A model generated the notes under the pieces. That model did not search any database and was not told the origin of the DNA. It saw nothing but the letters and a program-made list of their open reading frames with translations. A stretch of 64,000 nucleotides of DNA. Source: Stylophora pistillata (Eukaryota). Positions 1 to 13,200 of this stretch are shown here, one piece after another (the first letter of the stretch is position 1; each line of letters starts with the position of its first letter). The stretch is taken from positions 127,682-191,681 of the forward strand of contig NW_019218012.1 of NCBI RefSeq assembly GCF_002571385.2, given 5' to 3'. Made by a program: the position numbers and the translations under genes.

Positions 1-110
1 TAGTATCGCAGAGGTCAGTGGTTCGAATCCCGTATAGGCCTGATTTTTTTTCAGGTCTGATTCTCGCTATTGCTTAAATAGCGCTATCAACTGCGAGGAT
101 CGTGCATCAT
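1..110 (+). mobile_element. tRNA-derived SINE fragment
   Basis: B-box-like GGTTCGAATCCC followed by GTATAGGCCTGATTTTTTTTCAGG. A near-identical sequence recurs at ~20360-20520. No complete tRNA cloverleaf or acceptor stem. Confidence 0.7.
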
Positions 111-1280
111 ACGTTTCTTATATCCTGTTGGCAACTGTCGGCCGACGATACCTTTCGGGAACTGCTCTTCACGTTTACCCACTTTGGAATACTTTTCACA
201 CAAACGATAGGTTCGAAAACTCTCCCATTGAATATCTTTCCTTTCCTCAAAAAAGACACAAGCTCTCATACAGTAACATCTTTAATAGACATGTCAAATC
301 TTAAATGTAATGTAACTTTCTCTAAAAAATAAGTTTCAGTCAAATACAACTTCTATTAAAATCATAAACATTATTTATTAATGTTCCATAACGAACGGAA
401 ACTACAGCTGATAAGAACTTCGTTCTTTTTAATAGTGGATTCTATACCCTTCCAGAAAAATAAACAAAACGAAAGCGAAAGTTATGATTCTAATAATATT
501 TAAAATACTCAATATATTAGGTAGTTTCGGACTTTTTCAATACATAAAAGACGCAAATAATTGTAAATTGACATTACAGGCTTATTCCGAGTTAAAACTG
601 AGGTCACTGCGAAAAAAACTTTTAAAACTCTGTTTCTAACTTCATAAGTTACAACAAACACGTGATCATTTTAAATATCAGACGTTCTAACAAAAGCGTG
701 ATTGTTACCAAAATAATGGGTAAACATCTGAAACGATACTGGAATTGAATATGGTCGAACCGTGTTTCCATTGAAACCGGCCTGCATTGATATTCATTCG
801 TAACAAACTAACTTCTAGTTTAAATAGCATTTTTTTTTTTTCATTATTCATATATTGCTTTTAAGACATCTAGGTAGTTTAACATGTTCCATATAACCCA
901 TAGTAATTTTCTAGTACTTTATCTTATCTCAAGCGTAAACTAGTCACAAGAACTTGGTGTTAGTTCAAGATAATAACCCATAACTGATAAATTAGGGAAC
1001 TCTAGTTACTCGATTGCTAGATAATGTACGAATATTATGGGGAGAACTTACATTTTAGTTACATGTTAATCACGTCGAGAAGTTTAAAGGCCAATTCAGT
1101 AATTTTGGCCTATCGAAAACGCTAGCTCTGCTATATGCTTCAAAAAACAAAATATCCTGAAATTTTGCTCAACTCTTAATTGATACTACCAGTTTATAGA
1201 AAATTAGGCCCTGTATTGCGATATTTATTTTTGCAGCAAAAGTGTTCTTTACATTTGTACCTTAAATAATTCCTCCCTAT

Positions 1281-1634
1281 TAGAGAGGTTTAACAACGCG
1301 TTTACGTGAGACGTGAACGCCTAGACTGTCCAAGCGACCTTGTTTTTCCCGCCATTTTTACACGTTTGCCGGGTTGCGCTTTGCCGTTTCCACGTAAAAT
1401 ACACCTACTTCGCGTTTGCCGTGCACGTAGGATTTTCTTTACATTTTCTCTAAGAATTACTGGAAAAGGGAAACCAAAACTTTTCCTGGCAAGCCACACA
1501 GGGGCGCCTTCAAATCCAACACGAAGTGAGGTCACGCCAAGCTAAAGCAGGAAGGTTCGCGCTATTTTACGTAAAACGTAAAAGAGCAAGCTGACATCTG
1601 ACATTTCACGTAAACGCAATGCTTCATCTCTCTA
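1281..1634. mobile_element. MITE / non-autonomous DNA transposon
   Basis: Imperfect terminal inverted repeats TAGAGAGGTTTAACAACGCGTTTACGTGA ... TCACGTAAACGCAATGCTTCATCTCTCTA around a non-coding, GC-richer interior. Confidence 0.65.
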
Positions 1635-2819
1635 TTACCTCAAACGCACGAATTAAATGATAAAGACTGCACTTCCCATAAAATAAACTCGTAAATATTA
1701 TAAGATTTGATGGAGTGTTGACCAACAGCTTTACCTTCTTGATCACATAAAATTTTCCTACACTACCGCAAATTGTGATGTGTGCAAATGATTATTTAAC
1801 TGCTTTTAAATACTGCTTCCCAACTAGTGGACTAACAAAAGTGAGTGTTTCTCTGTAAATAAATCACTGACACAAATACTTTATTACACAAAATACCACT
1901 ACTAATCACTATAATTCAATATTTCTGTTGCTTACTGTAACAACTCAGACATCCATAAAGAGTAAAAAAAAAAGTTTCACTCCCTAATTCTTACCTCTAT
2001 CACACTTGAAGAGCAAACAAAGTAGATCTATTCATATAAAAAATGAAAACTAGTAAACAAAAAGATAAATTTCTTGAAAACCTTGAGATAAACACTGGCT
2101 TTGTAGAGATTTCTAACTCTCGAGATCTGACATAAAAATTCTCCCATCTAACTGTTGGTTTATTTATGGTAAATCACTTGAGAGAATCTGGTGTTATATC
2201 AAAGAAATCACAATCTTTTAGCTAGACAAGATACCGATACTCTTACGAGAGGTTACATTTAAATATATCCAGCACCTTCATTAACAAATGCTGTCCTGCA
2301 CAAAATTGTGTCAAGTAACAGGAGAACATACTCAACATTAAAAAGTTTTATGGCAAGCTGCATCCTAAACTGTGACTGGAAACTTCTTTTAACTCTCTCA
2401 AAATAATTTTTATATTTGCACAGTCTTTCACATAATTCTAATTATCCTGGTTAATCAAGTTGAACAAATGATAACTGTACAAGTTCCTATTCTGCTGAAT
2501 TTGGTGAACTGGGGCACTTGTGCAAATAAACTTCATAAACAATGATATGGGGAATTTAAATTCTTTAAATAAACTGTAAAAACAAGTCAGTCACAATGGA
2601 ACACTTAAAATAAAGCTTTGTAATATCTATACTAAATAAGTGCTAAATATTACAGAAAAAATAACCACAAATTAATATCAGCCCTCAAAAATTACGTGAC
2701 TAATAATTATTGTAATTTGTTGTATGACAACTCTGTTTAAATAAATGTATTATATCTTGTATCATATGTTACATTTATGAAATTCTTAAATTAATTTTTA
2801 TGGATAACATGGTTTGAAC

Positions 2820-2995
2820 CAGGGCTCAACTCTAACGACAGCCAACTAGCCACAGACTAGTAGAAATTCAGTTTTGGCAAGTGGTTTTTGATTTCCACTA
2901 GCTGGTTTGGCTTGTAAACAAACTGAAATTGTCATAACATTTATGTTGTCACTAGCCACTTGGCTGGTAAGTTGAAAAGTTAGTGCCAAGCCCTG
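2820..2995. repeat. Dispersed ~175 bp MITE-like repeat (second copy at ~6088-6272)
   Basis: CAGGGCTC...GCCCTG termini. The core AACTAGCCACAGACTAGTAGAAATTCAGTT is shared with the copy in the SLC30A1 intron. Confidence 0.65.
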
Positions 2996-4014
2996 TGAAT
3001 CCAAGAGTGACAATCAATTGCAGGGATTGACTGTTCCACTGGCACTTCAACAACCTTAGCAGAAGCTAAAGTCATTTGAGTCGAGAGAAAAAAAATCACC
3101 CTGTTAATTTTCCCTGAGGTTGTCAAAATGCTAGTTGCTACACCTGACAGCAGTCCTTCTCAGGAAAACTTACCTCTAAATGATCCAATTGTGCAATCAG
3201 ATTACATTTAGCTACCCCACACAAATTTAGTTAAAAATTTGCCAGAAGCTAGAGGTGATGAACTACAAAGCAGCTACATGTATTTACCACATTTCCTCAA
3301 TGAACCCTCTAACTCCCATGAGTGACAAGGACAGAATTTCTCCAAGTACAATATCAATAGAATATCAAGCAGAGAAATGACAAAAATAAAGAAAAATATC
3401 AATTAGGTGATTTTTAGTTGATCCAAAACCAAATTCTTATCACAAAACAATGTACTGTGTACAGCAATGATAAAAACTCTCATAAGATTTTGGGTGTGAT
3501 CGGTTTATGTATTCAGTACAAAATAGACCGTATCCCTTCAATCTCAGAAGTGACCAATATCAAATAAGTCCTTGCTACATCAATATATTGTTCAAGCAGA
3601 AGGTCACGAGAAGGAAGTAAGAACATCACATTGGGTATAAAGTTAATTGAAAAACAAATTCCCAGAGCAGACAGTAGCACACTATAGTCTAATGAATTAA
3701 TACCTATAGAGTTGAATAAATGTCCTAAGTTTAAAATTAAAGGAAAATTCATTACTTGACGAGGGAATTTTGCATTAAATTGCACGCACAAACTGATATC
3801 CTGGAATCAAGAAGCAATGAATGCAATATTGGTTTTCAAGTACAATTTAAAACAGAATTCATAAGTCAAATAATAGATATTCCTAGAATTGCATAACTGA
3901 ATAAAAGGATAAGAAAAAAAAAAAACAGCATTAATTATAGTTGTTAGGTATATGTAGATGCGAAACAATATCACAGCCTTGTTTTCAACTCATAATTCCA
4001 CACTAAATACCTCG

Positions 4015-4135
4015 CTTCGTTAACCAATCAGGATGCAAGATTTCACTTTGTTAACTAATCAGGATGAAGATTTCACTTTGTTAACCAATCAGTATGCAAG
4101 ATTTCACTTCGTTAACCAATCAGGATGCAAGAATT
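4015..4135. repeat. 31-bp minisatellite, ~4 copies, in the SLC30A1 3' UTR
   Basis: Unit TTCACTTTGTTAACCAATCAGGATGCAAGAT repeated in tandem. Confidence 0.9.
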
Positions 4136-4183
4136 TACTCCATGATGCAATTCTACTGTACATCAGCAAAAATGTGAACACTT

Positions 4184-7100
4184 TTACACCATTGTCACAT
4201 GATTTACAAGCTCACCCTTGCCATCCGTTAAGCCAACAGAACGTTTGCGTGTCTCTGTCTCATTCTCCCCAGGGCAGCACTTCTGTGAAGCACAATTTTC
4301 ATCTTTCCCACACTCCAAGGCACACAGGCTGTCTGTTTTGTCTTCCACAACAAATTCTGGTTGGATGGTTGTGGAGTGAATACCTTCATTGTGAAAGAAC
4401 CTCTTTATTTTGTTCGCAATGTTCATGTATTCATCTGGGGAACGGCAGGTGATATGGGCTGATGCTGAAACAACAACAAAGGTAGTTAATACAGTGTGTA
4501 CTTATAACTGTTTGGGAGGGTCGGATCAGAAATATTTGGCTCATGGTCAAGACATACCTCACGACTTGGTACCAATTTGCACAACCAAAAACTCAGTCAA
4601 AACTGATTTTAACATATTACTGATTAACCTTCTGTTTCTTCCTTTCTTGTTGCATTTTTTGCACCCTGCATCTCACAGTGCCACATGCTGGTTATGAGCC
4701 TTGTCTGGCCCTATTCACACCAGCACGTATGGCCCTCATACATGTCAAGGATTTTTAAGGAGGAATTTTAAATAAGAAGGTCGTGTGGGCCATAAAATAA
4801 ATCAAAATATTTGGGGTCAATTTGGTAACACATCAAACTGTCTTCAGACTTAATGAAACTACAAAATATTAGTTTGGCAAGATAGAAATTAATGAAGAAA
4901 ATAAAGGGCTCAAACAAAGAGGCAACATGGCTGGTTATGGGATGCCCGAGGAATAACATATTGCAAATGACAAGCTTGATAGATTAATGCTAAAAACTTC
5001 AAGAGGAACAAACTCTGACATGGCTCCCTTCATGGATAATGACAGTTGTTTCTTTCCCCAACCAAAAAATAAACCTATTTTTCTGGGTATCAAAACATCT
5101 ACAGTAAATGATGCATACCATAATGTGACACAGCCATCCAGTGCGAGTCACAACACTGTGCAATTACTCAGTAGAATTACAGGCATGATGCATTTACCAT
5201 CCTTCTAGTGTTAAACAGGGTATAATTTATGTGCATGAAGCAATCACTTTGAGAAATTTCTACCATAGTAGTTTGATTATCAGAAATATCTGACAGCTAT
5301 GTTTCAACTTAAGGTATAATTTTAAAATCTCACCAATGATCTTATTCCCAGCCAACTGCCAAACATGAAATTCATGTACACTAAGGACACCTTCCACATT
5401 GTCCAACAGTCGATCTTGAACCTCTTTGATCTTAATGTGGGTGGGAACAGTTTGAAGCAAGATCAGTGACGATTCGCGCATCAATGGGATGGACGTTTTC
5501 AAAATAAGTAGAACCATAATGATACTCATGCCAGGATCCACATAAATTGTCCATTTACCAGGGGCATACTTGATTATCAAAGCACTGATGATAACAATGA
5601 CAGACCCCAAGGCATCACCGAGGACATGGAGATATACCCCACGCATGTTAAGCTGCGCACTAGACTTGACTTCTACTCGAGATGTGTTTGATTTTGAAAC
5701 AACCGTGTGGACCTTCCCATTTTCACCAGACAAGAAAACTGTAAAATGACAAACAAACAAAAAAATGATTAGCCATCACTAGTTGACTAAGAAATACAAT
5801 AGCTGAAGAACAGTACAAAGTAACAGAATATTCTCATTGTCTGGGTGAAAGCAAGCCTTGTAAAATTAGGCAGAGAACTTTCAAATCTTCCATGGCCAAT
5901 GAGGACCATGTGCTCTGCCTCAAACCCATTGTTATAGAATCAAAGTAACTGTGAGCCATTGAACTCCAATTAGGTTATTAATGAAAGGCTGCTTATAGGC
6001 TTTTTGTATTAATTCATGGCGCAAGGTTTAGAGGAGAAAAGAGGATGTGGAGATGTGCCAAGGGGGGTGAGAAGTTCACAACGTGTCCAGGGCTCGACAC
6101 TAACCGTAGCCGCCAATGCAACTAGCCACAGACTAGTAGAAATTCAGTTATGACTAATGGTTTTTGATTTCCATAAGCCAGTTTCGCTGGTAAATAAACC
6201 AAAATTGTTGCAACATTTAAGATGTCACCAGTCACTTGGCTAGTAAGTTGAAAAGTTGGTGTCAATCCCAGGCGTAGCTTAATTAATTCAACTGAATAAT
6301 CCAGCAGATGCGTGAAAAGACAGGAAAATGTAAAATGAGGGCTCTACGCCAAAACAAAACTGAAATTCTTTATCAGCTGCTGGACCAGCTGGGTCAAAAT
6401 AAAAACCTCGAGCTGGGCATGTAGATAATAATGACAACCCAACAATCAAAGCTCAGTGCATCGGATTAGGGTACAGTATCTGATGCGAGATAAGACTTAA
6501 AATGGATTTGGAGATGGGATCCATCTGACGATGGTTTCGTTATTGAGTCTGTTGTTGCATAAAAAATTAGACACCACAGAATCATAATTATTTGTCAGAA
6601 ACATATTCAGTCATGAAGACACGAAATCCGCGTAATTTATGGCAAAAATATTTTAGCGAAGCTGTCAACAAGATAAGCTTATCGATATCCTTGGCAGCAG
6701 AAGAAAAATATTTTTGTTTAGCAAGAAGACAGGAACAAAAAGAATGTGCAAGCATTCCGATAGTTGTGGTAATCATAATGCTTTGATCAAACTGGGGTAT
6801 AATACGTAGAATTGTATAAACTATTCTTGAAAAAAAAAAAAAAAGAAAAAAGAAAGAAAGAAAGAAAAGGAAAAAGAAAAAAGGAATAAAAAATTTAGAT
6901 TACCTTCTGGTACAACGCCATTTGAAGTTTCGCTGATCAACTGATTTTCATCTACAGACGAATTGCTCGACTTCCGTTCCATTCATCCAGGTTCACCATT
7001 TTTAGAAACCAATAGATCTTTCAGTTCAGTTCCATCACTAGTTCCGTGGCTATGTTCATGTCCTCCGCCTCCATGGCTATGCCCGTGTCCATGTTGGTGG

Positions 7101-7528
7101 AAAAGAATCAAACCTACCACATTTATCAACAAACCAGCGACTCCCACGATGAGTACGAGAACGGGATTGTTGATAACTTCTGGTTCGACTAATCGCTTCA
7201 GCGACTCGACGAGGATAGAAAAGCACAATGCAATCAAGAACACAGAGTTCACCAAAGCTCCTAAAACTTCAGCTCTTTGCCAACCAAATGTATTCCTTTC
7301 CGTTCGTTGACTGCGCTTCGAGTATCGCATCGCGAAAAAACCGATTAGGAGCGACATAACGTCTGATAACATGTGAAACGAATCGGCCACAAGCGCCATT
7401 GAATTCGTCGCATATCCCACGATGATTTCAACCAGAAAGAACGAAGAGGTCATAAAAAGCATCGACAAAACACTGCCGGTTTTGCCACAGAATCTTTTCT
7501 TGAGTTGAACCCTACGAGAATCAGCCAT
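4184..7528 (-). CDS. SLC30A1: Zinc transporter ZnT1/ZnT10-like (cation diffusion facilitator). Coding exons 7528-6904, 5738-5334, 4464-4184
   Basis: CDF motifs ALVADSFHMLSD, NTFGWQRAEVLGALVNSVFL, His-rich loop HGHGHSHGGGGHEHSH, LNMRGVYLHVLGDALGS, VHEFHVWQL, FHNEGIHSTTIQPEF. GT-AG boundaries have compatible phases. An in-frame TGA lies at 6983-6985 if the 6904 donor is used. Confidence 0.92.
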
Positions 7529-8178
7529 TTTCGGTGGTTACCTACGAGAAAACTGGAGAAAAATATGGTGTCACTACAAAGCGAAAAACTTAAGGTCCTC
7601 CTGTAAAAGTGAACTTTTGACAACTATGAAATTTCCCCTACGTATCAGCCTATAAGAACATTTAACCCAGGGGGGTCAGCAGCAGTAATGCTATATTTTG
7701 GGAATTTTATTTCAAACATTATGTTTGTCACGCGGACAGACGAAAATAGCGACACGCGCTGTTTGTAAAGAAAAACCGATAATAATAATTGTGTGCATAA
7801 AACAAAGAAAATTAACAAGACGACTACATTGTTAAACACTGAAAGCCGCAAATACTACAAAAACAAATTGTATTCAATACCTGCATGGATTTTGAAAGGC
7901 AATGGCGACTCTTCAAGGAATAAGGAACCACAACAATGGACATCAAGTTTAGCGACATCGGCGGCGAAATCGTGATGTGGCGAGAACCTGCGCCCGCGAT
8001 TTTCGGAAAGATACGATTTTACACCTCGGGTTCTCGTGAGTATATTTTAATTGATTAGTTTTTTACCGGAGGTTTCTCGTCTTTCTGTCGATAACGAAAC
8101 ATTTATCAGCGGTAATCGTGTACTTATCTCTCATATAATTTACACCAGATTTCCTCCAGCAGAATTTCAGCTCACGTT
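7529..8178. promoter_or_regulatory. Bidirectional promoter / 5' UTR region shared by SLC30A1 and POGLUT1, with candidate metal-response elements
   Basis: The two ATGs are 650 bp apart, head-to-head, and the region is CpG-rich around 7950-8100. TGCRCNC matches at 7989-7995 (+) and 7791-7797 (-). Confidence 0.55.
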
Positions 8179-10173
8179 ATGTTTTCTCGCATGCCAGTAT
8201 CAATTCTGCTTCTTGTAAATATTTGCTACGTTGTCTTTGGGTCTGATGTACAAGGCGATTGCTCGAAAGATGGTTCTTGTGATGGGGATGAGGAAAAACG
8301 AAGCAAAGCAAAGTACACCATGAAAGGTATAGCTGATGCAAAATCGATCGTAAACAAGTCTTGTTTATATTTCATTTGAGACCTTTGCCTTAAGTATCTC
8401 GGTTTATGTTTTGGTGTATAAAATTTAAGACATATCAGTTGCTTCAGAATATTTTATGAATTTTGTTTCCTAATCTCCTCGAGAAATCGTTAAAGAAAAT
8501 CCTACAAACTGCGAGAAGTTTCTATAGTCAGATAATTTAAATTCTGTAGCAAATTGCGTTACTCAGGTTATTTCCGACGTTGACGTGTTAAACTTTAACT
8601 TGCTTGGCTGTAGTAGAATCGGTTGAATTATTAATGATTTCAATTTTGTCCAAGAAAAGAGTATTAAAATTTTTTTTCTTTTGAAATGATTTATTTTAAA
8701 AGATAGAAACTTAAAACGGTATAAAAGTTTGATGTGTGCACGTGCTTTGTTAAATTTCTATGTTCTCATTGCTACACAAGGTCTGGGGAGGAAAAAATGG
8801 AAAAAAAAAAAAATTGCAAAAGTCGAGCTGTCTGGACCACCAGATTAACCTGCGTTAGATCCCAAAATTTAACCGTGATCTATTAATGAAAATTATTTAT
8901 GATACACTCATAATTTTATATACTTTTGTCTTTTTCAAAGAATCATGGAAAAAATATCTACAAAAAATAGACCAAGCTACAGCCACATACCAAGATTGCT
9001 CAAACAAAAAATGTGGTTGCTACAGTGATGTGATTGATGAGGATTTAAGAATCTGGAAAGACAGGGGAGGAGTCACAAAGGCAGACTTTGACAGTTCTGC
9101 TGATCGTGGTGTCCACTATCAGATAATTGATCATAAACTCTACAGAGAAGAAAAGTGCATGTTTACATTCAGGTTAGTTTGAACACTTCTTGCACTCTGG
9201 TTGAAATAAAAGGAGGCCCATGCAATTAAATCAATACTGTTACACTTTGTGAAGACAAAGATGCTAACCTGTAGAGATTTTGCTCTTATGCCACCACAGC
9301 ATCAACTGGGCAGCACCCCTGCCCCTCCCCAACTAAAAATTTTGGTGTCTCTGTGTCTCTCCCCTGATCAAATCAATCTCCACTCCTGAAAAATGAAGAA
9401 AGTTCTTTTGTTTTGTCTGTCGAGACATGGTTGCATAAAAATGCTTTTTGATTTGCGTAAATCTGGGGATAATGACATTAGCCTACAGTGGAGCAAAGCT
9501 TTTGAAAGCTGGTTCATCTCTTTTATCCAAGAGGTTTGGTGAACCATACAGGAGAATGGGCATTTTTTTTGTATCCAGGAGACTCTCGGATAATCCGGGA
9601 GAATAGGCTTGTATGTGAAAATACCATTTATTGAAGACATTTCTGACTGTTTTAAGATGTAAAGGAGTTGAACATTTTATCCTGGAGATTATTGACAAGT
9701 TACCAGACATGGAGATGAGAATCAATGTCAGGGACTATCCACAGGTAAGATCTGAAATATAGTTCCTCCTTTGAGCTGCCATATATTTCTTTGTAAATTT
9801 GTTTTATTTAAAGGAAAATATTGTGTTACATCTACTTGCTACTTGTTTGTGGGAAAACCTACTGATAGCACTTTGTGGAAAAGTTACAAGCTGGTCACAG
9901 CTGAGAGGCTGGTTAATTTCAGTTTTTTTTAATGTTTAAATTATTTGTGAATGCGGTTGTGATTCTTTGAATTTCACACTTTTTTCTTAATTGTCTTTAA
10001 AATAGGTTCCAAAGTGGTCAAATCCTCAGCCTGTATTCTCATTTAGTAAGGTAAGGAACAGTCTTCGCTCTGACGAAGGGCTAACGCTAGAAACATCAGC
10101 TTTTTTATTCATTATGGTGGCCAATTTCCAATTTGAACTGAGTTAACATAACCAAATTACCTTGTTACCCCCG

Positions 10174-10204
<31 letters not shown>

Positions 10205-13200
10205 TTTAGCCTTTATTCATTAGTCTTCAGATGACTTTTACAAATGATACTGATACCTTGTTTCTCATTTTATTGAATTAAGAGTTGGAAGGGCAGAACG
10301 GTCTTTTTTTAACAGATGTTTAAGCTTCATATTCACCCATTGAGAAACATCTAAGAACATCTTAAATTGCAACAATCTTTACTTAAAGCAAAAAGTTAAA
10401 CATCACTGAGTCAAGTTTGGGATATAGTCATTGGGTAATATGATGTTTTTTGGGGAAAACCTTTTGAAATGGTTAAGAACAAGTTTATCATTGTATTCCA
10501 GGAGGAATGTCATTTTGGATGGTTAAAGTTCTGGGTCCAATAGTATAAAGGGCAGATATTATGCTACCCAGCTGATAAATCACTATCCAGTAAATAAGTG
10601 AGAGCAAAACACATTACTCTCTCCTCTGGAGAGAGATTTAGCCAGTGGATAGCATTATCCAACCTTTCAACAACTGGGGCTTATAGTATAGGATGGAGGA
10701 GGGCTTCAGGATTGGAGTTATCAGCATTATTTTGCAATTTGTCTTTATCTTATTATTATTATATTTTAAATAAATAAATTTTTTTTCAGACAGGTAATGA
10801 GAATGACATCATGTATCCAGCATGGACATTTTGGGAAGGGGGGCCAGCAGTGTGGCCAATCTACCCCACAGGACTGGGGAGATGGGATCTAATGAGAGAT
10901 GAGATAGACAAGTTAGTTTACAGTTTCATTTATTTATTTCCTTTTTTTTTTTAATTTTTTCAAGCAATAGAATAAAATTTTCTGTAGACCTTTTCTATTT
11001 TCTCAACAGAAAGTAGCAAAGGGGGGTCTTGATCCCATTTCACACATGAATTTCAGAAAAATTCTTGAGTCACACACTTAAACAGTTTTCCTCTTGTCAA
11101 GAATTTAAAAGGGAAAACTTCAAAATTTACCACACCTTGGCTTTTGTAAAATTCATGCGTCACTCATTAATATTATTTTGGACTTCATCAGGCATCATGT
11201 CTAAACCCCTTGTCACCTTCTGAACTTCCTTGTGGCTGTTAGCTCCTCCATCATAGGCTTTACCTGTTTCAGTAATCAACTTCCTCGATATAGTTGCTAC
11301 AATGTGATTGTCTACTTTCAGAAAAGCCAGCAAATGGCCTTGGGAGAAAAAGCAGGCAAAGGCATTTTTTAGAGGATCAAGGTAGGTTTATTGATTGCAT
11401 TACCCTGTTCAACAAATTAAAAAGATGAGTGAAGAAAGAGAGGATAGAAGGAGAGAGTGTTTGATAAGGGTTCCATGGACAGATGACTAGAGGGACGGAA
11501 GAATGAGTGGATCAATGAATGAATGCATGGATGGATGGAGAGAAGGATGGAGGAAAGAGGGGAAATTTGTTGTGGAGGAAAGATTGGAAGATTTGAAAGA
11601 TTGTGCCACAAATTGAACAGATGAGTGAGGGAAAAAAGGATGGATGAGAGAGATTGGTTGATAAAGGTTGGACAGATGGTTAGAGGGACGGAAGAATGAG
11701 TGGTTCAATGAATGAATGGATGGATGGATGATGAGAAGAATGGAGGAAAGAGTGGAAGTTTGTTGTGGAGGAAAGATTGGAAGATTTGAAAGATTGTGCC
11801 ACAAATTGAACAGATGAGTGAGGGAAAAAGGATGGATGAGAGAGATTGGTAAAGGGTAGACAGATGGTTAGAGGGACGGCAGAACGGGTGGATCAATGAA
11901 TGAATGGATGGATGGATGGAAAGAAGGATTAAGGAAAGAAGGGAAGTTTGTCATGGAGGAAAGATTTACAAACAGTTGGAAGTATGAACTTGAGAGAAGG
12001 GAAGGACAGGTAAACAGGTTGAATATGCAGAGGGATGAAGGAAGATGGAGAAGGAGTGCTGTGGGTTAAAAAAAGTGGCACCCAGATGGAGGTAAGAGGA
12101 GGGAGGTATAAAGTTTATTGTACTCGAAAGTAGACAATTGGATGGTACACTGGAATCATTCGTTACAATGATTTTAATGAGTTCAAAATCCGTCTCAATA
12201 CCCCCCCCCCTTCTTTTTGTGCTAGGACATCTGCTGAGAGAGATCCTCTAGTGCTGTTATCACGTGAGGACTCAAGCCTCGTGGATGCACAGTACACCAA
12301 GAATCAGGCCTGGAGGTCTGATGCTGTAAGTTCAGCACATGTTACATTGACCAATTTGTGATATGTCCAGTTTGACCGTGAGTTCAGAATTTTTTCCTTG
12401 TACATGAAAAATTCTCGGACAAACCGTAAATGTTAGAAAACAAAGGCCTTAGTTGACCCTTGAAAAGACTAGTGTTATTTTCTTTCTCAGGACACACTAT
12501 ATGCTCCACCCGCCAAAGAGATCAAGCTCGAAGACCACTGTGAATACAGGTATTGACGTATTTCTCTTGAAGATTTTTCTACGTGGAATAACCACGATTC
12601 TACACGCACTCTGATTGGTGAGAACCTATCTTTTATTGAACCGCAGAACCCATTGCTATTTCACAGGCAACAGGCCGTGCTTTCCATAGGTTTACCAACT
12701 GTTGTAGTTATCCGCTTAAATCCCAAGGCGATGACGAGTGATTTACAAACTTTTTCATATCCTCAACGTTCCACGTGGGATATTAACGAAAAAACAGCAT
12801 TTTCTGTCGGTTTGTCGGCATAACAACCCTCTTGGGAAGTTGGGAGAACACACGAAATCGCGAACCAAGGCGCGATATATATAAACTCTTCGAGTGTTTT
12901 CTAACTACCCAAGAGGGCTATTACGCCGGTAAACCAATCGAAAGTGCGGTCAATTGCTTTTACGAAATAAATCAACAAGCTCGCCATTATTTTCGTTCTC
13001 TTGTGTAACAGATACCTGTTCAACTTTCGTGGAGTAGCAGCCAGTTTTAGATTCAAGCATCTTTTCCTTTGCAAGTCACTAGTGTTTCACGTAGGAGACG
13101 AATGGCTTGAATTCTTTTACCGGGCTTTGAAGCCCTGGGTCCACTATATACCCGTTGGAACAGATCTCAACAATGCTAGGTAAGTATCAATGATATCTTT

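Noticed and set aside
1-60. tRNA gene
   Set aside because: Only a T-arm/B-box-like motif followed by a repeat body seen again at ~20.4 kb; this fits a SINE.
4015-4135. CRISPR-like array (also considered 43680-43765 and 44246-44335)
   Set aside because: Head-to-tail repeats without unique spacers and no cas genes; these are ordinary minisatellites.
11417-11896. Ser/Pro/His-rich ORFs on the minus strand
   Set aside because: Translations of the intronic purine-rich tandem repeat.
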